Origin: Candidatus Saccharimonadota bacterium
Lineage (GTDB): Bacteria; Pseudomonadota; Alphaproteobacteria; CAJXXZ01; 1604HC
Direction of reading: 5' to 3'
DNA: 32,000 nucleotides
Assembly: GCF_008189405.1 (NCBI RefSeq)
Contig: NZ_CP043316.1
Span: forward strand, 210,001 to 242,000
How positions within the stretch are numbered: the stretch's first letter is position 1; every line of letters begins with the position of its first letter. Both the position numbers and the translations under genes were made by a program. Below are positions 8,633 to 18,069 of the stretch, piece after piece. The notes under the pieces are model-generated. The model saw nothing but the letters and a program-made list of their open reading frames with translations, had not been told where the DNA came from and searched no databases.

Positions 8633-11431
8633 ATGGATAAAAATAAAATACATCAAATTGAACAAGATGCAAAAAATTTATGGAATAAGTATGATTTATA
8701 TAAATCTGAAATATCCGAAAAGCCATCTTATTGTATATTAGATTTCTTCCCGTATCCTAGTGGGATTGGGCTACATGTTGGGCATACATTAGGATATATA
8801 GCTACAGATATTTTTGCTAGATTTAGGCGAATGCAAGGTAATAATGTACTTTATGCAATGGGATTTGATGCATTTGGATTGCCTGCAGAGCAATTTGCTA
8901 TACAAACTAATCAGCATCCAGAAGTAACAACTGATAATAATATTAGGAATATGAAATCACAGTTAGAAGCTCTATCTTTGAGCCATGATAATGATAGGTC
9001 ATTCTCTACTACAGACCCTAAATATTATAAGTGGACTCAGTGGATATTCACAAAGCTTTATAATAGTTATTTTAATAACATATCCCAAAAAGCAGAAGCG
9101 ATTGATGATTTAAGAGAGAAATTAAATTCAAGAAAGTTTTCTATACAAGATAATCAGCTTATTGAATCTGTTAACCATTACACAGAAGCAGAAATTACAG
9201 AAGCAATTAATGAAATGAGATTGGCATATTTAGATGATGTAAATGTAAATTGGTGCCCAATGTTAGGGACTGTACTTTCTAATGAAGAAGTAAAAGATGG
9301 GAAAAGTGAGCGTGGGAATTACCTTGTTGAAAAACGACCTATGAAACAGTGGATGTTACGTATTACATCATATGGAGATAGATTGAATGACCAACTAGAT
9401 AAATTGGATTGGCCAGATAATATTATTACCATGCAAAAAAATTGGATTGGAAGGCAAGAAGGAACTAAAATTATATTTCCTACCGAACATGGAGATATTG
9501 AAATATTTACTACACGTCCTGAAACAGTATTTGGAGTTGCTTATATTGGCATTTCGCATCAGCATCCCATTTTAGAAAAAACAGAAGGATTGGAAAAAAA
9601 TAGAGTTACTGATTCTGACGAAAATACGGAAAAATTAGTAGGGTATGCAACTCATCCACTTACAAATGAGCAAATTCCAATTTGGACTACAGATTATGTA
9701 CTACAAGAATATGGAACAGGTGCTGTAATGTCTGTTCCTGCACATGATCAGCGAGATTTTGAATTTGCCAAAAAACATAATATTCAATTTAAATCTGTAA
9801 TTAAAGCAACTTATGCATGGTTGATAGAAAATTATAAGGGCAATGATGTTCCGAGTAGCCAATTACTTGATTTATGGAAAACAAACCCAGAAAAATTTGA
9901 CTCTGCTTTTGACATTAAAGGCCCCCTATTCTATCCAATGCAATTTGAAATTACAGAAAATATATCTTTAAAGAAACAGATCAAACATGCAATTGAATTT
10001 ATAGAGAAAGCAAAAGTTGGGAAGCAAATTACGAATTATAGGCTGCGTGATTGGTTATTTAGTCGACAAAGGTATTGGGGAGAGCCATTCCCAATCGTGT
10101 TTGATGTGCAGAACAATGCATACTCAATACATGAAGATTGTTTGCCAGTAACATTACCAAAGCAATATGATTTTAAGCCGGTTTTGAATCAAGAAAATGC
10201 TGAGCCTCCACTTGCAAAGGCAACAGATTGGAAGACAGTACGTGGAATTGTCATGGAGAATGGTAGCGTCAAAACATTAGATGATAATGATCCAAAACAT
10301 CCAGGTGAGCAAATTTTTACTAGAGAATTAAATACAATGCCAAATTGGGCTGGTTCATGTTGGTACTATTTGCGTTATATGGATCCTAAAAATGATAATG
10401 AGATTTTATCTGATACTGCAATGAAGTATTGGTCATCTGATAATGTAGGGTCTATCGATATGTATGTTGGTGGTGCTGAGCATGCTGTTCTGCATTTGCT
10501 TTATGCTAGATTCTGGCATATGGTGATGTTTGATTTAGGTTATGTTTCAAATCCAGAGCCATTCAATAAACTAGTTAACCCAGGAATGATGACAGCTGAT
10601 GCTTATAGTGATTCAAGGGGTTTCTACGTAGATATTGAGGATGTAAAGTTACAAGATAATAGTGCATTCCAAATTTCTACTGGAGAAAAGCTAAATATTG
10701 AGCCTGGGAAAATGGGTAAGAGGTATAAAAATGGACTTGACCCTCGAAAAGCATGCGATATGTATGGTATAGATATTTTTAGAATGCATGTGATGTACAT
10801 GGCTCCAATTACTCAGAGCCGTTCTTGGGATATAAAAAACATTAAAGGTATGGAAAGATTTTATAGATCTATAGATGCGAAAATCAGTTCTTGTATAGTA
10901 GAGAACCATAAATCTACTGATAATATCGTACAATTACATAAAACAATTAAATTTGTAACAGATGAAATAGAAAATATGCGATATAACACAGCACTTGCAT
11001 CATTGATCAAACTCAATAATAGTATCGAGAAATATACAATTGAAGATAGTATTAAATTTATACAAATGTTATACCCATTTGCCCCTCATATTAGTGAGAA
11101 TTTATACCAAACAATAAAAACAAACATACAGTCTGATATAGAGAAATACAGCAATGTTAATCAAGATTTATATAATACTATCAATTGTTTAGAGAGCTTG
11201 GCATGGCCATCATATGATGAAAAAATGTTACAGGAGAATACTATAAAATTACCAGTGAATGTGAATGGTAAAGTTCGAGATATTTTAGAAGTTGATATAA
11301 ATATTACCGATGATAAAATTAAAGAATTAGTGTCTAATAGCGAAAAAGTAATGAAGTATGTTGTTTCAGGTATAAAGAAATATATGATCATACGCAAAGA
11401 CAAACCAGTTATTGTAAGTATTATTATATAA
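8633..11431 (+). CDS. leuS: Leucyl-tRNA synthetase
   Basis: HIGH region PYPSGIGLHVGH, CP1 editing-domain motifs TTRPETVFG and GTGAVMSVPAHDQRDFEFA, and a KMSKS variant KMGKR. At 932 aa it is somewhat longer than typical. Confidence 0.95.
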   Translation: MDKNKIHQIEQDAKNLWNKYDLYKSEISEKPSYCILDFFPYPSGIGLHVGHTLGYIATDIFARFRRMQGNNVLYAMGFDAFGLPAEQFAIQTNQHPEVTTDNNIRNMKSQLEALSLSHDNDRSFSTTDPKYYKWTQWIFTKLYNSYFNNISQKAEAIDDLREKLNSRKFSIQDNQLIESVNHYTEAEITEAINEMRLAYLDDVNVNWCPMLGTVLSNEEVKDGKSERGNYLVEKRPMKQWMLRITSYGDRLNDQLDKLDWPDNIITMQKNWIGRQEGTKIIFPTEHGDIEIFTTRPETVFGVAYIGISHQHPILEKTEGLEKNRVTDSDENTEKLVGYATHPLTNEQIPIWTTDYVLQEYGTGAVMSVPAHDQRDFEFAKKHNIQFKSVIKATYAWLIENYKGNDVPSSQLLDLWKTNPEKFDSAFDIKGPLFYPMQFEITENISLKKQIKHAIEFIEKAKVGKQITNYRLRDWLFSRQRYWGEPFPIVFDVQNNAYSIHEDCLPVTLPKQYDFKPVLNQENAEPPLAKATDWKTVRGIVMENGSVKTLDDNDPKHPGEQIFTRELNTMPNWAGSCWYYLRYMDPKNDNEILSDTAMKYWSSDNVGSIDMYVGGAEHAVLHLLYARFWHMVMFDLGYVSNPEPFNKLVNPGMMTADAYSDSRGFYVDIEDVKLQDNSAFQISTGEKLNIEPGKMGKRYKNGLDPRKACDMYGIDIFRMHVMYMAPITQSRSWDIKNIKGMERFYRSIDAKISSCIVENHKSTDNIVQLHKTIKFVTDEIENMRYNTALASLIKLNNSIEKYTIEDSIKFIQMLYPFAPHISENLYQTIKTNIQSDIEKYSNVNQDLYNTINCLESLAWPSYDEKMLQENTIKLPVNVNGKVRDILEVDINITDDKIKELVSNSEKVMKYVVSGIKKYMIIRKDKPVIVSIII

Positions 11432-11654
11432 AATGCAGTTGTTATAAATGTTGTTGCAAGTAAGCTGTTATAAAGCTATTATTAAATTTACTGATAAATC
11501 TATGGCTGATAAAACCTATGAGATATGTATTAATGATAATCATTACTTCTATATATTATATTTTATAATTTATAGTGTACAACTTATAAAACAATTTGTA
11601 ATTTTTTGTAACTTTAATATTTCATAATTTTGAGTTTCATATAATAATTTACTT

Positions 11655-12827
11655 ATGAAAGCATCAAATTTCTTCTTACCTATTAAAAAAGAAGTAAATG
11701 AAGTATCAATATCTGCGAAATTAATGTTGAAAAGTGGAATGATACAGAAATTGGCATCTGGATTGTATTCATGGTTGCCGTTAGGTTACAAAATAATATC
11801 AAATATAGAAAATATAGTGTCTGAAGAGTTTGAAAGTATGGGATTCAACCGAATGTGCATCCCTACTCTACACCCTGCTCATTTATGGCAAGAAAGTGAG
11901 CGATATGAAGCTTATGGAAAAGAGATGTTGCGAGTTAATGATCGTAAAAACAATGAATTTATATATGGGCCATCTGCAGAAGAACCATGTGTTGATATGG
12001 TAAGGCAAGCAAATATTGGTAAATCTGATTTGCCAATTAATTTGTTTAATATACAGTGGAAATTTCGTGATGAATTAAGGCCAAGGTTTGGTGTTGTAAG
12101 GTGTCGTGAGTTTTTTATGTGTGATGGATACTCATTTCATGAAACCATAGAATCTTCTAGTGAATTTTACGACACAGTATTTAATGGATATAAGCGCATA
12201 TTCGATAGGTTAAATCTGAATGTTTTTACTAAAGAAGCAGAAACAGGAGAAGTTGGTGGATTAAAAAGTCATGAGTTTCATGTGCTATCTGAAATTGGTG
12301 AAGATGAAATAGAGCGTGATGGTAAAAAGCATAAATCGTTGGAATTAGGACATATTTTCTTGCTTGGTGATAGGTATACTGTGCCAATGGATTTGAAGAT
12401 TACTAATAGTGATAACAAACAAACACCGTTAATCATGGGATGCTATGGTGTGGGTGTGTCAAGATTAGTTGCTGCAATGGTAGAGAGTTATTATGAGTGT
12501 AAAGATGAGAACTATTCTATTAATTGGCCAATTGATTTTGCTCCATTTAAAATTAATATTATTAATGCAAATGCAAAGTCTTTAGAATGTAATCAATTAT
12601 CTGGAAAATTATATGAACAATATAAAAATATCAGTTTTTACGATGATAGAAATATTTCAATAGGTCAGAAATTTGCTACTTCTGATTTGTTAGGCTCTCC
12701 TATTAAAATTATAATCTGGCCCAAAGAATTAAAAAATGAATCTGTAGAAATTAGAATTGGTAATAGCAAAGAGATCGTGAAGATTGAGCAGATTAGCAAG
12801 TTTATTGATAATATATTAGTCAAATAA
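11655..12827 (+). CDS. proS: Prolyl-tRNA synthetase (short form lacking the INS editing domain)
   Basis: Class II motifs are present: FRDELRPRFGVVRCREFFMCDGYSF (motif 2) and GCYGVGVSRL (motif 3), with an anticodon-binding C-terminal part. At 390 aa it is shorter than the roughly 430-440 aa alphaproteobacterial form I recall. Confidence 0.9.
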   Translation: MKASNFFLPIKKEVNEVSISAKLMLKSGMIQKLASGLYSWLPLGYKIISNIENIVSEEFESMGFNRMCIPTLHPAHLWQESERYEAYGKEMLRVNDRKNNEFIYGPSAEEPCVDMVRQANIGKSDLPINLFNIQWKFRDELRPRFGVVRCREFFMCDGYSFHETIESSSEFYDTVFNGYKRIFDRLNLNVFTKEAETGEVGGLKSHEFHVLSEIGEDEIERDGKKHKSLELGHIFLLGDRYTVPMDLKITNSDNKQTPLIMGCYGVGVSRLVAAMVESYYECKDENYSINWPIDFAPFKINIINANAKSLECNQLSGKLYEQYKNISFYDDRNISIGQKFATSDLLGSPIKIIIWPKELKNESVEIRIGNSKEIVKIEQISKFIDNILVK

Positions 12828-12953
12828 TACTCAGGCACGTATTGCAAATATATAATATGGTAGTGCATTGATATTGATATATGCTTTTATTTTTGATTTG
12901 TCTTTTTATTCAATATTGAAAACATTAGCAAAATTATATATTATATATCTATT

Positions 12954-13026
12954 GCCGGATTAGCTCAGTTGGTAGAGCGACTGATTTGTAATCAGTAGGT
13001 CATTGGTTCGACTCCGATATTCGGCA
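12954..13026 (+). tRNA. tRNA-Thr (anticodon UGU)
   Basis: GCCGGAT/TA/GCTCAGTTGGTAGAGC, anticodon arm ACTGA-TTTGTAA-TCAGT, T arm ATTGG-TTCGACT-CCGAT, acceptor 3' strand ATTCGGC. Confidence 0.9.
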
Positions 13027-13299
13027 TATATATATTTCAATTATTCAAAATTATTACTTAAAAATTCATTAAAATGTAAAAAGCTCATTAGAATTATAAA
13101 TTCATTAAAATATGCTTAGATTGACTTATTTAATTGATATGAATTTGTATCAAGTAGTTTATATAAAGTATATCAATGCAAATGCGTAAAATAGGTTATA
13201 CAAAGCCACTAAAATAAAGCTATAAAAAAATAAAACTTTTAGGAGATTAAAAAAAGCACCTATTAAAATATTTGTACTTACCAAATATCCATCAAAATG

Positions 13300-13374
<75 letters not shown>

Positions 13375-13579
13375 TGTAAGTGTAATCCTATATAAAAATT
13401 ATAATTTTGTCAATCATGAAATAGGTGATTACTAGGAAATTTGTTAACTATTAGATAGGAAAATTATCAGTTATTAGAATATATAGCTGATAGGAAATTG
13501 TATGTGAACTCATCATCCAACTCCTGCCTATAACGCTTCCAACCTTCTAAAAAAATGATATTTATGTTAGATTTTATCA

Positions 13580-14764
13580 ATGAATTTACTAGCATGGTTA
13601 GAATCAAGAGATTTGATTTATCAAAAAACAAATGAGAATGAATTATCAGAAAAGTTAGAAGCGAAAGAAATTTGTAGCTACTTAGGAGTAGACCTAACTG
13701 CTTCAAGTATGCATATTGGTCACTTATTGCCATTAAGAATTATGAATATATTATCTGAACATGGATGTAAGTGTATTTTTCTATTTGGTCGTGGAACAAC
13801 TATGATAGGTGACCCTTCAATGCGTACAAAAGAAAGACCAATTCTGAGTGAGTATGAAATTCAAAATAATTTAAACTCTATCAAGCCTCAAGTAGATAAA
13901 TTGATTCCTAATATTATTTATGAAGATAATGCAACGTGGTTATTAGGAACAAACCTAATTGAATTCTTACGGGAAGCTGGAAGTAAATTTTCTGTAAATC
14001 AAATGATTGGGCTTGAAACATTTAAAAGAAGAATAGATAACAATGATACATTAAGCTTCTTAGAATTTTCTTACCCAATTCTGCAGTCATATGATTTTTA
14101 CCAATTAAACAAGAAGCATGGATGTAATTTACAAATCGGAGGGTCTGATCAGTGGGGGAATATTATTAATGGTGTGCATTTTATCAAAAAAATGAAGTCA
14201 GAAGAAACATATGGAATCACTTTGCCATTATTACTCCGAGGAGGAAAAAAGATGGGTAAAAGTTCAGCTGGAGGAGTTGTTTGGCTTGATGAAAACAAAA
14301 CTACTGTGTTTGATTTTTGGCAGTTTTGGCGTAATTTGCCTGATTTGGATGTTAAATCATATATGTTGAAATTTACTAATATAGATGCAATTGAGATTGA
14401 TAATATGATTAATGGTAATATTAATGAAGCAAAAAAAACATTAGCAAACCATATGACTAAATGGGTACATGGTGAAGAAAAAATGAAAAGTGCAAACGCG
14501 AAAAGCATTTCAATTTTTGAAAATAACGAAAACTCTGAATTAGATGAAATAGTGTTGAGTGAAGAGAATGTCAAACTTACAAAGATCTTAGTAAGTGCTG
14601 GGTTCGCAACTTCAATTTCTGATGCGAAAAGAAAAATTAATAGTAGTAGCATTGCTTTAAATGGACAATCATGTACAGATCAAGAATATATAATATATAA
14701 AAGAGATATAGAAACAGAATTGATTATTGGTTATGGAAAGAAAAAGAAGATAAAAGTTAAATAA
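13580..14764 (+). CDS. tyrS: Tyrosyl-tRNA synthetase
   Basis: HIGH motif SMHIGHLLPL, KMSKS variant KMGKS, GGSDQWGNI, and a C-terminal S4-like domain. 394 aa. Confidence 0.93.
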   Translation: MNLLAWLESRDLIYQKTNENELSEKLEAKEICSYLGVDLTASSMHIGHLLPLRIMNILSEHGCKCIFLFGRGTTMIGDPSMRTKERPILSEYEIQNNLNSIKPQVDKLIPNIIYEDNATWLLGTNLIEFLREAGSKFSVNQMIGLETFKRRIDNNDTLSFLEFSYPILQSYDFYQLNKKHGCNLQIGGSDQWGNIINGVHFIKKMKSEETYGITLPLLLRGGKKMGKSSAGGVVWLDENKTTVFDFWQFWRNLPDLDVKSYMLKFTNIDAIEIDNMINGNINEAKKTLANHMTKWVHGEEKMKSANAKSISIFENNENSELDEIVLSEENVKLTKILVSAGFATSISDAKRKINSSSIALNGQSCTDQEYIIYKRDIETELIIGYGKKKKIKVK

Positions 14765-14860
14765 TCTTAATTATATTTGAAATCCATTAATTAAGTATTG
14801 TTTATATAACATGCAATATTATCTGTATTATAAAAAGATGATAATGTGCATATATCAAAT

Positions 14861-14889
14861 TTGATACAAATGTGGTATATAAGTAGAAT
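14861..14889 (+). promoter_or_regulatory. Candidate sigma70-type promoter for groES-groEL (TTGATA-N17-TAGAAT)
   Basis: TTGATA at 14861-14866, a 17-nt spacer and TAGAAT at 14884-14889, about 50 nt upstream of the groES ATG. A strong SD (AGGGGGA, 14925-14931) follows. Such hexamers are common by chance in AT-rich DNA. Confidence 0.25.
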
Positions 14890-14939
14890 GTGGTAGGATT
14901 CGCTTAAATGGATTCTAATAAAACAAGGGGGAAATAAAT

Positions 14940-15263
14940 ATGTCGCTTACTGAGAATGATATCAATGGTCTTGAGCCTCTTTTTGATAGAGTGTTGATTA
15001 AAAAACAAGATAAAAGTAAACAAACTGCATCTGGGATAGTATTGCCAGAAACTTCAAGTGAAGACTCTGCTATTGGGACTGTAATTTCTGTTGGCAAAGG
15101 TGCTTTGAATGATAAAGGTGATGTGGTTCCTATGCAAATTGCTGTTGGAGATATAGCTTTGTTCGGACAATGGGCTGGTACAAAAATCAGTGTTTCAGGT
15201 GTAAAAGATGGAACATATATAATTATTAAGCTATCTGATATTTCAGGTATATTAAAAAAATAA
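14940..15263 (+). CDS. groES: Co-chaperonin GroES
   Basis: 107 aa. PLFDRVLIKK...SGIVLPE...GTVISVGKG...VGDIALF matches the GroES pattern, and the gene lies immediately upstream of groEL. Confidence 0.93.
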   Translation: MSLTENDINGLEPLFDRVLIKKQDKSKQTASGIVLPETSSEDSAIGTVISVGKGALNDKGDVVPMQIAVGDIALFGQWAGTKISVSGVKDGTYIIIKLSDISGILKK

Positions 15264-15314
15264 ATTGCAAAAATGCAAATAACAAAAGTATGAAGAATAC
15301 TAAAAAAAGGAGAA

Positions 15315-16973
15315 ATGGGAATGGCAAAACAATTATTTTTAGATTTTGAAGCAAGAAAGAAAATTATTGAAGGGTTAGATGAAGCTGTAAATGCTGTCAA
15401 AACAACCTTGGGACCAAAAGGAAGACATGTAGTAATGGAAAAATCTTTTGGGTCTCCTAGAGTTACAAAAGATGGTGTTACAGTAGCAAAAGAAATTGAA
15501 TTTTCAGATCCTATTAAAAATGTTGGTGCTCAATTTGTAAAAGAAGTAGCATCAAAAACTGTAGACGCAGCTGGAGATGGAACAACAACAGCTTCATTAG
15601 TATTGCAAGCTTTAGTGAATAATGGATTGAAAGTTATTGAAGCTGGGATGAATGCTGTAGAAGTAACAAAAGGTATGCATTACGCTGCGAAAATAATTAT
15701 CGAACACTTAAATAAAATTGCTTCCCCTGTTAAAGGTGACAGTGATAAAATTAAGCAAGTTGCTACTATTTCTGCTAATGGAGAAGAAGAAATTGGTAGG
15801 TTGATTTCTGAAGCAGTTGCAAAAATTGGTGATGAAGGGATTATCAGTGTTGATGATGGAAAATCAACTCAAACAGAATTGAATGTAGTTGAAGGAATGG
15901 AATTAGATAGAGGATTTGTATCTCACCATTTTGCCAATACAGATAAGCAATCTTGCGAATTAGAAAATCCATATATTTTGATATATGATAAGAAAATCAG
16001 TGCTTTGCCATCAATTTTACAATTATTAGAAAATATTGTTAAATCAAATAGATCTTTGTTAATTATTGCTGAAGATGTAGAAGGAATTGCGTTAAACACA
16101 TTGGTTTTCAATACTTTAAATAAAGTAATGAAAGTTTGTGCTATTAAAGCTCCTGGTTTTGGGGACAGAAAAAGAGAAATTTGTGAAGATATTGCAATTC
16201 TAACTGGCGGAACTTTGATTTCTGAAGAAATTGGAAGACCTCTTGATTCAACTCAGATAGAGCATTTAGGTCAAGCTGAAAAAATCACAATCACTAAAGA
16301 TAAAACTACAATTATCGGAGGAAAAGGATCTGAAGCTGAAATTAAAACTAGATGTGCTGCTATTAAAAATGCAATAGAAAGCTCTACTTCTGATTACGAT
16401 AAAGAAAAATTAGAAGAAAGAAAATCTAAATTAATGAATGGTGTCGCTGTAATTAGTGTTGGTGGAATCACAGAAAGTGAACAAAAAGAAAGAAAAGATA
16501 GAGTAGAAGATGCTGTACAAGCTGTAAAAGCTGCAATTGAAGAGGGTATTTTGCCTGGTGGTGGTTCTGCATTGATTCATGCAAGTAATCACTTATATAA
16601 ATCAATTGGATCATCAGGGTTTAGTCAAGCATTTAAAGCAGGAATTGATATTGTGCAAAAAGCTATTTCTGCTCCATTAAAGCAAAATTTGATCAATGCA
16701 GGTCATGATGATGGGGAAGTAATTGTTCATCAAATTCAAAAATCTGATGATTTGAATTTTGGGTATGATGTGATGAATGAAGGATATGGAAATATGATGG
16801 AGCTTGGAATTGTAGATCCTAAAAAGAGTACAAGATCTGCGATTGAATATTCTGTTTCTATTGCAACATTACTTTTGACTTCTGGTGCTGCAATTGTAAA
16901 TGAGCCAGAATCGAAAGATTCTGCTAGTGCCGGTGGAATGGGAATGCCTCCTATGGGCGGTGGAATGTATTAA
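15315..16973 (+). CDS. groEL: Chaperonin GroEL (60 kDa)
   Basis: Canonical GroEL sequence (TLGPKGRHVV, DGVTVAKEIE, AGDGTTTA) with a GGM-type C-terminal tail. The second ATG at 15321 (MAKQ...) has better spacing to the AAGGAG at 15307-15312 and is the likelier start. Confidence 0.97.
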   Translation: MGMAKQLFLDFEARKKIIEGLDEAVNAVKTTLGPKGRHVVMEKSFGSPRVTKDGVTVAKEIEFSDPIKNVGAQFVKEVASKTVDAAGDGTTTASLVLQALVNNGLKVIEAGMNAVEVTKGMHYAAKIIIEHLNKIASPVKGDSDKIKQVATISANGEEEIGRLISEAVAKIGDEGIISVDDGKSTQTELNVVEGMELDRGFVSHHFANTDKQSCELENPYILIYDKKISALPSILQLLENIVKSNRSLLIIAEDVEGIALNTLVFNTLNKVMKVCAIKAPGFGDRKREICEDIAILTGGTLISEEIGRPLDSTQIEHLGQAEKITITKDKTTIIGGKGSEAEIKTRCAAIKNAIESSTSDYDKEKLEERKSKLMNGVAVISVGGITESEQKERKDRVEDAVQAVKAAIEEGILPGGGSALIHASNHLYKSIGSSGFSQAFKAGIDIVQKAISAPLKQNLINAGHDDGEVIVHQIQKSDDLNFGYDVMNEGYGNMMELGIVDPKKSTRSAIEYSVSIATLLLTSGAAIVNEPESKDSASAGGMGMPPMGGGMY

Positions 16974-18069
16974 TTTAATGGCATATTTCTTATATTATTA
17001 AAAAAATCATTCCTATATACTATATAATTATTCTCAAATAAACATTATATCAAAAGAATTAGTTTGGGCTAATTCAATCAGTGTATATTTATTATAAATT
17101 GGTTGACTCAAATAAAGTGAATAGCAAAAAATATTAATTCAAATACAAAGAATATAAATATATATACAATAATAAAATAAAAATACATTACATGTTTTTA
17201 CAATAATATATATGTATATGTTGATAAGAAAGTATTTGATAACGATTGTTATGTAATATTATAGTCAGTATATTTGCAATATGATAGTAATGTAAATTAG
17301 TATGCAGGATTTACTTACTATACATAAAAATGTTTCATTTATGGTATATATAATCCTAATTCATGAAAGTAACTAAATAAGAAAATTAGAATTTAATTTA
17401 ATTGAAAAATTTTAGTGTAGCAATAAAATACATGTTATAAAGCTATATTATATGTATTTAATTAATTAATATATTGAATTATGATCACTATTTATATAAG
17501 GTGTTGATTTGAAGTTGCGATTCCGCTTAATACATGATAATAGATTGTGGTGTGCATAATACTGCGTCTTTACTAGCAATAAAAAAGCCTATAAACTCCG
17601 ATATATATAAAATAAATTTATATATAGAAAGAAGTAAGTATATATTATTTTTGATAGGCTTATTAACTAAGGAGTCTATACTGATCAAATAACAATCAAA
17701 ATCACTGTGATTTAAGAAAAAAAATAAAACATTAAGCAAATCAATATTATTGTTAATATAGTAGAATTTCATGTACAAGTAGCTATTTCTTCTTCCATTA
17801 ATAAGAAAACATATTTTTTGGTTTGCAGGTTAACATATTTATAAAATATATAATTAGGTGTATTTCAATATTTTTAAATTGATCAGCTATTGAATATGTG
17901 AAGGGGGTGTTATTTTCAATAGCTAATGTTATTGTTCAGTATAATTATTAATATTATATTAAAATTTTAGTACAAATTTTATTAAAATTTATATAAGTTC
18001 AAGATGATATATAGGAAATAATTGATAAAGATTGAAGATATTTGATTTTAAGCTTAAACATTTTTTAAT

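Noticed and set aside
11583-11599. Identical 17-mer CTTATAAAACAATTTGT upstream of proS (11583-11599) and after tRNA-Val (26728-26744).
   Set aside because: The flanks differ on both sides. My rough estimate for this base composition and window size gives about one such chance match, so it is not evidence of a repeat family.
14915-15400. 161-aa minus-strand ORF spanning groES, the spacer and the start of groEL.
   Set aside because: It completely overlaps two of the best-conserved genes in the window and has no recognisable motif, start context or independent support. I treat it as a chance open antisense frame.
17549-17559. GGTGTGCATAA, a 10/11 match to the XerC-binding arm of E. coli dif; also TTATGTATTAT at 517-527 just after the xer gene.
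   Set aside because: Neither has the required partner arm at 6-bp spacing (the expected TTATGTTAAAT-like and CATAA-containing arms are missing). Half-site matches of this kind are expected by chance in AT-rich DNA.
17948-17962. TTAA-N7-TTAA (CtrA-box-like) and a few GANTC sites in the 1.1-kb spacer, raising the idea of a replication origin.
   Set aside because: I could find no DnaA-box-like 9-mers (TTATCCACA or its complement). TTAA-N7-TTAA is trivially frequent at this base composition, so the idea is not supportable without skew analysis.
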